A stretch of 64,000 bases of DNA from a virus, in the UHGV virus genome UHGV-1366919; one strand, written 5' to 3'. Position numbers and translations under genes: made by a program. A model generated the notes under the pieces. It was not told the origin of the DNA. It did no database searches and was given only the letters and a program-made list of their open reading frames with translations. Below are positions 1 through 9,506 of the stretch, piece by piece. The number at the start of each line of letters is the position of its first letter. Positions within the stretch are counted from its first letter, which is position 1.

Positions 1-432
1 AGTACAAAAAGTCTTTCTGTTCATGTCGTTAATCGCTTAACTGACGGAGGAGGGAAAGGTGTTTCTGCTTCCGTTAAAGCTATAAACATGTATAAAAGTG
101 ATTGTGCTATTGAGCTTCATGCAAATGCCTATAATGGTACTGCTTCTGGCTCTGAAGTTCTTTATTGGCATACTTCAACTAAAGGCAAGAAACTTGCGAC
201 CGACCTTCAAGAAGCTATTATTAAAGTTTTAAATCTTCCAAATAGAGGTATTAAGCCATTATCCGGTGAAGATCGAGGTGGGGGAATTCTTAAAGGAACA
301 GTTGCGCCGACAGTAATAACTGAACCGTTTTTCATCGATAATCCTAAGGACCTTAAATTAGCTGAAGATAAAATTGAACAGTTAGGAGTAGCTATGGCTA
401 ATGCTATTATCAAATATCTTTATACAAATTAG
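1..432 (+). CDS. N-acetylmuramoyl-L-alanine amidase (Amidase_3 family), probable endolysin. 5'-partial: the frame is open to the window start.
   Basis: Frame 1 is open from nt 1 and the ATG at 88 is internal. Amidase_3 motifs are present: ELHANA..G (the SIHADA-like zinc-ligand block) and the C-terminal TEPFFIDNP...LGVAMANAI block. Confidence 0.8.
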   Translation, partial: STKSLSVHVVNRLTDGGGKGVSASVKAINMYKSDCAIELHANAYNGTASGSEVLYWHTSTKGKKLATDLQEAIIKVLNLPNRGIKPLSGEDRGGGILKGTVAPTVITEPFFIDNPKDLKLAEDKIEQLGVAMANAIIKYLYTN

Positions 433-456
433 GATGATTTCTATCATCCTTAAATA
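433..456 (+). terminator. Short hairpin (aggatgat-ttct-atcatcct) after the amidase gene. Weak terminator candidate.
   Basis: An 8-bp perfect stem is seen in the sequence. No strong T-run follows it. Confidence 0.3.
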
Positions 457-464
457 TACTCTAT

Positions 465-1994
465 ATGAACCTTTCTTTATTGACAGTATTATGTCATGGC
501 AAAAATAATAGCCAACTTAAAGAATTATTAAAAAATAATAAAATATTAAATTTTATTAATACTTTTATTAAAGATAAACCTTATTATGAAACACCCTTTA
601 GATTTTTAAAATTGTTGAGTAAAAATGCAACATTACCTGCCTGTATTATATGTGGAAATATTATTTCTTATAGTATTTGGAATAGACGTAATAATGCTAA
701 ATTTTGTTCTAAAACTTGCAAATATTCTAAAGAAGGTAAAGAAAATACTAGAAAAAATATTGAAAAAACATTAATTGAAAAATATAAGGTTAAAAATATT
801 TTACAACATAAAAAGTTTAAAGAAAAACAAGAATTAACTTGTTTAGCAAAATACGGAACTAAATTTTATTCAAAAACTTCAGAATGTAAAGAAAAAGTTA
901 AGAAGACGTCATTAGAAAAATTTGGTACAAATAATGTGATGTTCAATAAAAAGGTTTTAAAAAATATAAAAAATAATAATTTATTAAAATTTGGGGTTGA
1001 ATGGCCTTTATCAGATAAAACTATTCATAAAAAAACTATGAATAGTCTTGTTAAAAAACATTTAGAAAAGCTTAAAAAGTTTAATTTAACTTTGTTAGAT
1101 GAATATCAATCCACAAAAGAATACTATAATTTTAAATGTGCTACATGTGGTAATACATTTAAAGATCATTTAAAAAATGGTAGAATTCCTATATGCAAAC
1201 ATTGCTTTCCTTCTAATACTTCTATTGGGGAAAAAGAATTATCAAACTTTATTAAACAATTTTCTTCTAATATTAGCTTAAATGATAGAACATTAATAAA
1301 TCCTTTAGAATTAGATATTGTTATTCCAGAAAAACATTTAGCAATAGAATTTAATGGGCTATATTGGCATTCTGAAGAACATGGTAAAAATGAAAATTAT
1401 CATATTAATAAATCATTATTATGTAAATCTAAAAACTTTAATTTAATTCATATATTTGAAGATGAATGGCTTTTTCAAAAAAATATAATAAAAGGTATTA
1501 TAAAAGATTATTTTAATAGCAAAAAAATAAAAACAAATTTTATTACATTTAAAAAAATCGATAATAAATTAGCTAAAAAATTTAATGAAAAATATAATAT
1601 TCTTGGACATATTACTACAAAAAATAATTTTGGACTTTTTTATAAAAATAGATTAATACATGTATTATCTGTTGGAAAACCAAGATTTAATAAAATTTAC
1701 AAATATGAAATTTATCGATTATCCTCAACATTTAATTTTAAAATTGAAAATTATTTTAAAGTTTTAATTGATAATTTACCTTTATCAATTAAAGAATCAT
1801 TAATATTTTATGAAAATAAACGTTTTCCTATTATTAATAAAACATTATTAGATAATTTGATATTTTTATCAAATTCTAAGCCAAGCTATTTTTTTGTCAA
1901 AAATAAAAATAGATATTCAAAATATAATAAAATAAATAGATTTGATTATAAAATTTGGGATTGCGGATCAACACTTTATCAGGTTAAATATTAA
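465..1994 (+). CDS. Homing-endonuclease-like protein, paralog 1. It has a PD-(D/E)xK / Vsr-like nuclease core plus CxxC zinc-ribbon modules and a C-terminal extension.
   Basis: The ELDIVIPEKHLAIEFNGLYWH motif is shared with the ORFs at 11518..12618 and 16362..17711. Two CxxC...CxxC modules are present. Repeated T.LEKYG-like basic motifs are also present. Confidence 0.6.
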   Translation: MNLSLLTVLCHGKNNSQLKELLKNNKILNFINTFIKDKPYYETPFRFLKLLSKNATLPACIICGNIISYSIWNRRNNAKFCSKTCKYSKEGKENTRKNIEKTLIEKYKVKNILQHKKFKEKQELTCLAKYGTKFYSKTSECKEKVKKTSLEKFGTNNVMFNKKVLKNIKNNNLLKFGVEWPLSDKTIHKKTMNSLVKKHLEKLKKFNLTLLDEYQSTKEYYNFKCATCGNTFKDHLKNGRIPICKHCFPSNTSIGEKELSNFIKQFSSNISLNDRTLINPLELDIVIPEKHLAIEFNGLYWHSEEHGKNENYHINKSLLCKSKNFNLIHIFEDEWLFQKNIIKGIIKDYFNSKKIKTNFITFKKIDNKLAKKFNEKYNILGHITTKNNFGLFYKNRLIHVLSVGKPRFNKIYKYEIYRLSSTFNFKIENYFKVLIDNLPLSIKESLIFYENKRFPIINKTLLDNLIFLSNSKPSYFFVKNKNRYSKYNKINRFDYKIWDCGSTLYQVKY

Positions 1995-2153
1995 ACATAA
2001 ACATGTTTAAAAATATTCTTCGATTTATCGTCTTTATCGCTTATAAATGGATTGAAGGAACTAAACGAAAGTAAAGCACCTTTTTAAATCCAGTTAATCT
2101 TTAAACTAAAATCAATGGAGGTCAATAAAGGCTTTCACTGATTTTTATTTTTT

Positions 2154-2657
2154 ATGAAATTAAAACTTTCCAGTGTTGATAGAATTGCTGCAAGTATTAT
2201 AAAACAAGAAGATATTGACGGATATAATCTTGTAAAGTATATTATGTATTTTACCTACTGTTTTCTTTTAAGTTTTTATGATATTGACTGTATTCCGGTG
2301 AAGTTTAAAACATCCAAAGGATCAATTATAATTGATAGAAAACGTCCTATTGATTTAAGTGTTGAACCAATTCAGCAAGGTTGTCTTATATCTTATGTAA
2401 TTAAATGTGTTTGTAAAAACTTAAAAGGGCTAAAAGCAGATGAAATTAATAAAATGATTACTGTAATTGGAAGCCCGTATCATACAGTGATCTCTCAAGG
2501 TAAGACAAAAATTAAAAAGAAAATCATTAAAGAATATTTTAATAATTTCTATAATATACTTCCAAAATACGAAGTTATGGAAGATAGAATTACAACAACA
2601 TTTAATATTCTTAGACTTTTAGCTGGTATTAAATCAAAGCCTTTTCATCATAGCTAA
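2154..2657 (+). CDS. hypothetical protein
   Basis: 167-aa ORF with no recognisable motif. Confidence 0.45.
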   Translation: MKLKLSSVDRIAASIIKQEDIDGYNLVKYIMYFTYCFLLSFYDIDCIPVKFKTSKGSIIIDRKRPIDLSVEPIQQGCLISYVIKCVCKNLKGLKADEINKMITVIGSPYHTVISQGKTKIKKKIIKEYFNNFYNILPKYEVMEDRITTTFNILRLLAGIKSKPFHHS

Positions 2658-3263
2658 ATTTAATTTGGAATAATCTTCCATCCAAGGAATAATCTTTACG
2701 TCTAATCCAAGCTTATTTTTCATTACCTTAATATCTCCAGATAATTCATAAGCTAAATCTTCACTAAAGTAAATTGTTTTAATAAGATTAGAAAGATTAT
2801 ATTTTGGAGGAAGTTTAATAGATTTACTTTTAGAATAAAGTCGATCCTCCATTTCATTACCTTTATGAGCACGGCCATAAGGCTGGTAATCAATAGCTGT
2901 AATCTGAGTATTTCTTAAATTAGACAATGCCTCTTTATCAAATTCAACAATAACAGAAGTATCTGGATCAAAATGATTTTGAATTAATCCAGGCCGTAAA
3001 GATCTTGCAAAACTTCTGGAATAAGGATATTCTTTATTTTTTTTATAAACTAGAGAATTCTGAAGCTTTTTAATATTTTCCTGAGAATCATCCATAACAT
3101 TATCGTCAATATCTATATTCTCAAATTTATTATCTGTTAATTCCCATTCTTTATCTCGTAATAAATGAACTAGTTCTTCAATATCCATAACTCGATAAAT
3201 TGAGCCTGGACTTTTAGATTCGATTAAAAATTTAGAAAATTTTAAATGTTGGGATAGCTTCAT
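2634..3263 (-). CDS. hypothetical protein
   Basis: 209-aa ORF. Its start is tightly coupled (ATGA overlap) with the upstream minus-strand gene. Confidence 0.55.
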   Translation of the reverse strand: MKLSQHLKFSKFLIESKSPGSIYRVMDIEELVHLLRDKEWELTDNKFENIDIDDNVMDDSQENIKKLQNSLVYKKNKEYPYSRSFARSLRPGLIQNHFDPDTSVIVEFDKEALSNLRNTQITAIDYQPYGRAHKGNEMEDRLYSKSKSIKLPPKYNLSNLIKTIYFSEDLAYELSGDIKVMKNKLGLDVKIIPWMEDYSKLNLAMMKRL

Positions 3264-3865
3264 ATAATCAATTTATCGTCAGGAATTTTTGTATACATTT
3301 GGGCAAAGGCAAAAGCACAAGAACATTCAATAGGTCCTGTTTGAGAATAGTCATAAGAAAATCCATTTAAGGAAGTTGGAAAGGCTTCCGAAAAGATGAA
3401 TTGAATCTTTGGCTTATTATATTCATCTAAGCCAATTGCACTAACATTTGTCCAATATGACTCTAATCTAAAATAATCTTGTTTAGAAATTAAATTATTT
3501 GGGTCAGGAATTGCGAGTTTCTCATCATGAATAAGATTTAACCAATTATAAAGAGTAATATAGTTAGTATAATCTCCATTAATCTCAAATGAAAAAGTTA
3601 ATAAAGGAAATGGTTCTTTAGAATGAGAGGAAACATAAACATTTCCAGAAGCATATCGTTGTGAAATTGCTTTAATGGTAATATCAGGAATTTTAATTTT
3701 ACTAAGAGCAAACTGAACTGAATTTTTATTAACAGATTCTTTGGAAATATTAAGAGTTGTCTTATTCAGACGCATTAAAGGCTGTGGCATATTAAAAAGA
3801 AATATCCACTTATCGGCCCTTGTCTTATTAAGGGGACTTTGAATAATCGGTTGTTCAGTATTCAT
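3260..3865 (-). CDS. hypothetical protein
   Basis: 201-aa ORF, translationally coupled with its neighbours. Confidence 0.55.
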   Translation of the reverse strand: MNTEQPIIQSPLNKTRADKWIFLFNMPQPLMRLNKTTLNISKESVNKNSVQFALSKIKIPDITIKAISQRYASGNVYVSSHSKEPFPLLTFSFEINGDYTNYITLYNWLNLIHDEKLAIPDPNNLISKQDYFRLESYWTNVSAIGLDEYNKPKIQFIFSEAFPTSLNGFSYDYSQTGPIECSCAFAFAQMYTKIPDDKLII

Positions 3866-4869
3866 TAAACAATGTCTACTCTGGATAAAAGATTTAAATT
3901 AGATACCATGAATGATGCTGGATATTTTTCAAACCGGCAAAATGCAGTTTTATTAGCGCTTATTTTGGTAATAACATTTTCCGCTTTAGGAAATGTAATG
4001 CTTATTTCAGTATTTCCAGAATTTTTAATAGCAACCGTATAAGAAAATATATTAATATCTGGCATATTAGTAAAATTCCAATCTACAGTTTTATCAGCAT
4101 TAGTTTGAATAATATAACAAGGATCAATGCCGTCTGAAGCATAATCAAAATTCATATTATCGGTATAATTAATGATTTTATTATGACTTATTTCAGAAGC
4201 ACTAATAGCATCATCAACATATTTTTTAGTTGCTGCATGATTATCATTAGTAGGTGTTACAATTGTAACAGGTTTACCTTCAATTGATGGACCGCTATCT
4301 CTTACATAGAAACCATTTTCTACACTATCAACATTTGCATACATTGCTACTACATCAGCCTTACAAACCCAGGTATAATAATTTCCTTCATTTGAACCAT
4401 ACTGTACAGAACGATATGTTGGATAGATTTCCTCTTTCCAGGTCCTATCATTATTAAAAATTATGCCTCCTTGCCAAGAGGCAGATAATCCGCCTCCACT
4501 GGCAATATTTGCAATTACTTGCTGATAAGTTACTGTATGAGGATTAGACTTATTATCAATATGTGCAGTTAAATCTGTAGATTTGGCAAATGTATCTGAA
4601 ATAAGATCATCAGGAACTATACCGGAAGTAGGAATTAATAATACTTCATTAGGAGAAGTACCAGCATTATAATTTACTGCAGTTCCAAAATCTTTTTTAA
4701 AATAATTAGAAACTGTTCCTAAAGTAACTTTATTAGCTTCTTCCTCATAAACAGAATTAACTGAATCAAATTGTAAAACATAAAATAGACTAGTGTCTGC
4801 TAAAGGATCAGTAAGCGCCGGTAACTGATCTAATGTTACTAAATTAAATTCTGAAGGTGACGAAGCCAT
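3865..4869 (-). CDS. tail-fibre-like protein
   Basis: Contains DNHAATKKYVDDAI, a motif widespread in phage tail fibre and receptor-binding proteins (..AATKxYVD..). It is Gly/Ser/Thr/Asn-rich. Confidence 0.5.
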   Translation of the reverse strand: MASSPSEFNLVTLDQLPALTDPLADTSLFYVLQFDSVNSVYEEEANKVTLGTVSNYFKKDFGTAVNYNAGTSPNEVLLIPTSGIVPDDLISDTFAKSTDLTAHIDNKSNPHTVTYQQVIANIASGGGLSASWQGGIIFNNDRTWKEEIYPTYRSVQYGSNEGNYYTWVCKADVVAMYANVDSVENGFYVRDSGPSIEGKPVTIVTPTNDNHAATKKYVDDAISASEISHNKIINYTDNMNFDYASDGIDPCYIIQTNADKTVDWNFTNMPDINIFSYTVAIKNSGNTEISITFPKAENVITKISANKTAFCRFEKYPASFMVSNLNLLSRVDIV

Positions 4870-4886
4870 TGTTAAAATATTTAAAG

Positions 4887-6824
4887 TTAGAACCAGTTAG
4901 GTAAATCTCTGACACCAAATTGGTCAAAGCTATTCGGAAGGGTAATCTGGTTTCGATATTCATCTAAACTAAGGGTTTCTCCAAAATCTAAAAGATTCAT
5001 TTGCTTTTTTTGTTTAAAATCATTACTTGATGTAATGGTATTAATTTGACCTCTGCTAAATCCAGCCATCACTCCGATAAATGGAGATTCCATATCCAAC
5101 TCTTTATAAAGAGTATTAGCCCAATCAGTCCTGGGATCCATTTCCCATCGTTTTTTAATAACAAGAGGAATATTATTGACGTCTTTTTTATCAACAATAA
5201 GATAATTGTTAATTACTTTCTTATAAAGAGCAAAAAGACTCCAACATAAAGCCAAAACATGGTCATCATGGAATCCTGGTTGAGCACACCATCGAATATT
5301 ATTACTTTGATTACGAATGCAAGTAAATGTTCTTAATTCTTCAATAGTTTTTTTATCATAAATTTTGACAACTCGACGGTCATGAATATAATATTTCATA
5401 TTATGAACGCCTTCGCTTTTTGTCACTCTATTAGTAATAATACCCGGGAGAACTTTTCGCCCTGGGGTTTGCGGCCCGTATCCTGAACCGAAATTAATAA
5501 ATCTCGGATAATTATTTTCATAGAACAGCTTTTCACAAACATGGGCCCCAGGGCCGTTTCGTTCAACTGACATAATAGGAGAATACCACTGTTTTGCAAT
5601 TTCCAAGACTTTAGCCGCAAAAGTAGTAATATCCATTGTATTAGTTGAATATCTGGCGACCTGCTCAATATTCAGGGGGTCAGTAATATCAAAAATTTGA
5701 ATAACTGAATAGTCTTGTCCTACGCCTTCAGAAGTATCAACTCCCATGGTATAGATTTTTTCGGAATCAGGTTTTTTCCAAATATAATAATTTCCATCTT
5801 CTAATATGTTTAATGGTTCAATTAATTCTTTTGTGAACTTATCAAACATGTTAGGATCAAATGGAGAGCCCGAATTATTAAGAAACCTACATTCATATTC
5901 TTGAGTAAATGTATCATAGCTCATTGTGCTCAATTCAGCATCTTTCCAAGCTTCTGTTCTGCCAGGGAAATCAAACCAAAAAGCTTTCTCTAACGCAAAA
6001 TCGTTTCTTCCTTCTTCCGCCTTAGATACCAATTCATGAAATTTATTACCTACGCCCTTAGGAGTAGATGCCACAATAAGCTTTGCATTTTTATTATTAT
6101 TAAAACGAGAAGCAAGAGTAGGAGTAACAGCAGCCCAGAAAGCTTCAGCATCTTTAGGAGGAATAATAGCAAACTCGTCAAGAAGAAGAACATCAATAGC
6201 TAAACCACGAATAGCATCAGGTGAAGTAGCTGATGTTAAGATACGAGAACCATTCGCTAATGTAAAGAATGTTTTATTAAATTCAAGAACACCGCCCTTA
6301 ATCCAGTTTTCCATCATTTGGAAAGCCAGACGAACACGCATAAAAATTTCGGTTGCTGTTGACTGTTTGTTAGCGACAATACATACAGTTTGGTCAGGAT
6401 GAAATACTGCAACCCATGTAGCAACGATAGTCATTAAGGTCGTATTATGGGAAAGAATACCGTTGGCATAATATAAATGATTTGAATCTTTAGCTAATTC
6501 AAAATCATACATATTTTCCCATTCAGATGTTGCAATTACATCAACAACTTTATCTCCTCCATAATTAGTTGCAATATCTTCGCCAAGTGAATCTTTAGCA
6601 AAGACTTGCTCATCTTTCATAGTAATTAAAATATGATTATCGGCACATTCGAGAATATTACCTGTCTTGAATTTAATAATATATTTTTGATAAGGGACAG
6701 TTTTATTAATAGTTTTAATATCTGTCCATCCCTGATTTGAAGAAATTTGCCAATTTGAAGCATCAAGAACTTCTTCAAATTTTCTAAAAATTGTTTTAGA
6801 TAAATCTTTAAATTTTTTAAGCAT
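4887..6824 (-). CDS. terL: terminase large subunit, downstream part. It holds the intein C-terminal half, the post-P-loop ATPase core and the RNase-H-like nuclease domain.
   Basis: The intein C-terminal blocks are present (GNILECADNHILIT; MYDFELAKDSNHLYYANGILSHN followed by TT). Next come the TerL ATPase core (VCIVANKQSTATEIF...GSRILTSATSPDAIRG) and Walker B (LLLDEFA). The nuclease aspartates are also present (MGVDTSEGVGQDYSV; FHDDHVLALCW). Confidence 0.85.
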   Translation of the reverse strand: MLKKFKDLSKTIFRKFEEVLDASNWQISSNQGWTDIKTINKTVPYQKYIIKFKTGNILECADNHILITMKDEQVFAKDSLGEDIATNYGGDKVVDVIATSEWENMYDFELAKDSNHLYYANGILSHNTTLMTIVATWVAVFHPDQTVCIVANKQSTATEIFMRVRLAFQMMENWIKGGVLEFNKTFFTLANGSRILTSATSPDAIRGLAIDVLLLDEFAIIPPKDAEAFWAAVTPTLASRFNNNKNAKLIVASTPKGVGNKFHELVSKAEEGRNDFALEKAFWFDFPGRTEAWKDAELSTMSYDTFTQEYECRFLNNSGSPFDPNMFDKFTKELIEPLNILEDGNYYIWKKPDSEKIYTMGVDTSEGVGQDYSVIQIFDITDPLNIEQVARYSTNTMDITTFAAKVLEIAKQWYSPIMSVERNGPGAHVCEKLFYENNYPRFINFGSGYGPQTPGRKVLPGIITNRVTKSEGVHNMKYYIHDRRVVKIYDKKTIEELRTFTCIRNQSNNIRWCAQPGFHDDHVLALCWSLFALYKKVINNYLIVDKKDVNNIPLVIKKRWEMDPRTDWANTLYKELDMESPFIGVMAGFSRGQINTITSSNDFKQKKQMNLLDFGETLSLDEYRNQITLPNSFDQFGVRDLPNWF

Positions 6825-6963
6825 TTTTAAAGGTAATTTTGTTAATAAACTTTTTAAGCTTATTTTGAATTTTAATTAATTTAAAAAAGATTCCAACGTT
6901 AATCTTAAAGGATAAATTTAAAGGCTTATAGCGCACGCAAATTGGCACACTTGGAGAAAGACA
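6444..6963 (-). other. mini-intein inserted in the TerL P-loop. It is about 173 aa and has no homing-endonuclease domain. A +1/-2 frame break lies inside it (around 6817..6875).
   Basis: The upstream extein ends LLISSRQWGK, followed by Cys+1 (CLSPSVPICV..). The intein ends ..GILSHN, followed by TTLMT. Splicing would restore the Walker A sequence SRQWGKTT. The Cys codon to the last Asn codon spans 520 nt, which is not a multiple of 3. Confidence 0.75.
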
Positions 6964-7272
6964 TTTGCCCCACTGACGAGAGCTTATAAGCAGTGTCTTC
7001 TTATTGCGCTGAATTGTTTTTAAGATTTTTTTCTGTTTTTCAAAAAGGGTAATATGTTCTTTTTGACCGCTTAACGCAGAAATAATATAAAAGTGATTTT
7101 CAGCAAAATAGATAATATCTTTCTTACACCGGGCAATCTCTTTAATCATCGCCGGAGTATAGGTATAAGTTGTAGTATTCTTAGGTAAATTAGGATTATT
7201 AAGATAATATTCCTCATTTGCTACTACTTCTTCACCCCTGAAATCAATGATCTTTGTAGCTTTTTTAGGCAT
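6817..7272 (-). CDS. terL: terminase large subunit, N-terminal part up to Walker A, plus the intein N-terminus
   Basis: Canonical TerL N-terminus: FAENHFYI..G..I.L...Q..IL. Then Walker A (SSRQWGK), then Cys+1 of the intein. The ORF ends 8 nt into the next ORF, in a different frame. Confidence 0.8.
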   Translation of the reverse strand: MPKKATKIIDFRGEEVVANEEYYLNNPNLPKNTTTYTYTPAMIKEIARCKKDIIYFAENHFYIISALSGQKEHITLFEKQKKILKTIQRNKKTLLISSRQWGKCLSPSVPICVRYKPLNLSFKINVGIFFKLIKIQNKLKKFINKITFKNA

Positions 7273-7275
7273 AAC

Positions 7276-7875
7276 TTACAGAATTTTATTGATGAAAGAA
7301 TCAGGATGAATCAAAGTATTAGTAACACTCATAATCAATAATTCTTTAAAAGTACTATTGATAATAGTATAAAGATATTCATCCATAGAATGAGCATTAT
7401 CAACAATAATCAAATCATAGGTTTGTCCTCTTAGAGCAAATTCTGCAGAGTTCATTGATTTAAACCTAATAAGAGAATTATTACCGAAATAAAATTCAGA
7501 TTTATTGTAATCACGAACACAACCTATAATTTCATTGTTAAGTTCATTTAATGTATCAAGAGCAATACCCAATTCATTAATCATTAAATCAGCCATTTTC
7601 CTATTCTCGGTAATGAATAAAATTCTGGAATTTGGATTATAATAAGCCTGGGCAAGAGCAAGGGCGATACAAGTTACTGATTTATTAGACTTTCGATTAT
7701 CAGAAGATAATAATAATTTTAAACGTTTTTTATTAGACCGCTTAAGAACTTCCATAGTGAATAAAGAAGATTCAAATGGAATTGCCCGTTCTTTAGAATT
7801 AATCACAAAAATTTCATTTTCATTTAAGGCATCTTCTAAAGCTTTGATGATATTTTCATTATTAAACATATACAA
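7276..7875 (-). CDS. TerL-ATPase-domain-like paralog with degenerate Walker motifs. Candidate pseudo-ATPase or decayed duplicate.
   Basis: Aligns with the TerL ATPase domain. LLLSSDNRKSNKS matches LLISSRQWGKTT. YNPNSRILFITEN matches FHPDQTVCIVANK. NNSLIRFKSMNSAEFALRGQTYDLIIVDNA matches NGSRILTSATSPDAIRGLAIDVLLLDEFA. The P-loop glycine is lost and Walker B DE has become DN. The start is TTG at 7875 or ATG at 7869. It is separated from terL by an in-frame stop. Confidence 0.6.
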   Translation of the reverse strand: MYMFNNENIIKALEDALNENEIFVINSKERAIPFESSLFTMEVLKRSNKKRLKLLLSSDNRKSNKSVTCIALALAQAYYNPNSRILFITENRKMADLMINELGIALDTLNELNNEIIGCVRDYNKSEFYFGNNSLIRFKSMNSAEFALRGQTYDLIIVDNAHSMDEYLYTIINSTFKELLIMSVTNTLIHPDSFINKIL

Positions 7876-7923
7876 TTAATTAAAGCCCTGGAACTGATTT
7901 AATTCCTTTAAATATTAAACATA

Positions 7924-9486
7924 ATGATGAAAAGCTCTAATATTGGAGATATAGCTGAAGAAATTTTCGCTGAAAGTTATGGTACAGTTGGTAATTTAGT
8001 ACCCGAAGAACCAATTACTAAGAAAATTCCTTGTCCTGAAAAGACTAAAAATAAAGTAAAAATTCCGCCTCGTTTCAAAGGTTCTCCTTTCGATTCTTCT
8101 GTTGAAAAGGATTACTATAAAAATGAAACAAATTGTTTTGATGAAGACGAAGAAGACTTTGAAACAGACGATCAGGAAATTCAAGATATTATTCTTCAGC
8201 AATATGAAGGTATTGGTCCTAGGACTAATGGAATGGCATTATCTGATATTCTCGGTTATTTCTCCGTTTCTGATGGAGTTTATCCTAAGAATGAAGTCAT
8301 GCGGGTTCTGCAAGATATGATTAATAAAAATATTCTTGAAATTGATCCTATCACCAAAAAGATCTTTAAATCTTTAGAAGAAGATGAAGAGGATGAATTT
8401 ATTACTCCTGAAGAAATTACTGATGAAGAAAAAGGAAATGATTTAATTGATTCTGTTATCGATTATTTTGAACAATCTACTTCCGGTTCTATAGGAGGTA
8501 TTAATCTTTCTCAAATCTTAAAGGACGTAACTTCTAATACCGGCGCTTCCCGAGCTGAAGTAGTTCAGGCTATCAAAGACCTGCTTCAAAGTAATATTCT
8601 TAAAAAGGGTGTTACTGAAGGTACCATCATTTTAAATTCTACTTCCAAAACAGATGAAGTAGAAGAAGATGCAGAAGGACCTATTCCAGTTATTAATCAA
8701 GAAACCCCCGAAACGCTTCGAGCTAAAGGCTGGACAGAAACAGCACCTGGTATTTTTGTTGGCCCTGACGGCGTTCAAAAATATGCTTTAACTGGAGAAT
8801 CATATAATACTAAGCTAAATAAACATATGAGTAATTTTAACGATGATAATTTCAGCAAGTTATGCGAAGAATTTGAAAAAGAATTCGATAATGTGGATGT
8901 GAGTCTTGACGATTCTACTGAAGGCCTTGATGAATTTGCTGATGAAACTGAAGTATCTGATGAAGAAGGCGAAACTGTGACCATGGAAATTCCTCGTCAC
9001 CTGGTTGATGCTATTACAGAACTTGCAGCTATTTTTAGTGGTTCTGAAGATGAACCTGTCGATGATCTCGCTACCGATGAAGAAGCTACGATCGACCTTA
9101 TGGACGGAGACGGCGATGAAGCCGAAGTTTCTGTTGAAGAAACTGATGAAGATGAAGAAGGTTGCGAAGATGATGAAGAATTCAACTTTGACGAAGACGA
9201 AGAAACCATTGCTGATACGGCTGGTTCTATCTTTGATGCTTCTTTTGGACCTAATGAAGGCGGAGCTTCTGTAACCAAGGCTTCTACTACTCTTCCGGAA
9301 AAACGCCGTAAGCCGATTGAAGGAGCTTATAAGCCCAATGCCGGCGGACAAGCTTATGATGCTTCTACCCGCAATGGCGGTGCTTCTGTGACTAAGGCTA
9401 CTCCTGCTTTTGATAAGTCTGGAAAGCCAGTTGCTTCTAAGGTAAGTCAGAAAGCCAAATCTAAGAATTCTATTTTTGATTTGTAA
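7924..9486 (+). CDS. hyper-acidic 520-aa protein with two winged-helix-like repeats and a basic C-terminal GGASVTKA repeat region
   Basis: There are long D/E runs (EEDEEDFETDDQE; EETDEDEEGCEDDEEFNFDEDEE). A roughly 50-aa module is repeated (G.ALSDIL...EV..VLQDMI.KNIL / G.NLSQIL...EV.QAIKDLLQSNIL). The C-terminus carries GGASVTKAST.. twice. Confidence 0.7.
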   Translation: MMKSSNIGDIAEEIFAESYGTVGNLVPEEPITKKIPCPEKTKNKVKIPPRFKGSPFDSSVEKDYYKNETNCFDEDEEDFETDDQEIQDIILQQYEGIGPRTNGMALSDILGYFSVSDGVYPKNEVMRVLQDMINKNILEIDPITKKIFKSLEEDEEDEFITPEEITDEEKGNDLIDSVIDYFEQSTSGSIGGINLSQILKDVTSNTGASRAEVVQAIKDLLQSNILKKGVTEGTIILNSTSKTDEVEEDAEGPIPVINQETPETLRAKGWTETAPGIFVGPDGVQKYALTGESYNTKLNKHMSNFNDDNFSKLCEEFEKEFDNVDVSLDDSTEGLDEFADETEVSDEEGETVTMEIPRHLVDAITELAAIFSGSEDEPVDDLATDEEATIDLMDGDGDEAEVSVEETDEDEEGCEDDEEFNFDEDEETIADTAGSIFDASFGPNEGGASVTKASTTLPEKRRKPIEGAYKPNAGGQAYDASTRNGGASVTKATPAFDKSGKPVASKVSQKAKSKNSIFDL

Positions 9487-9506
9487 TTTAAAAATAAAAT
9501 TAAAAA

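Noticed and set aside
8775-9351. Several 60-160-aa ORFs antisense to the acidic-protein gene (8860..9351, 8997..9278, 9005..9274, 8775..8984)
   Set aside because: They are artefacts of the GA/AG-rich acidic coding repeat. They are serine-rich or lysine-rich nonsense with no independent support.
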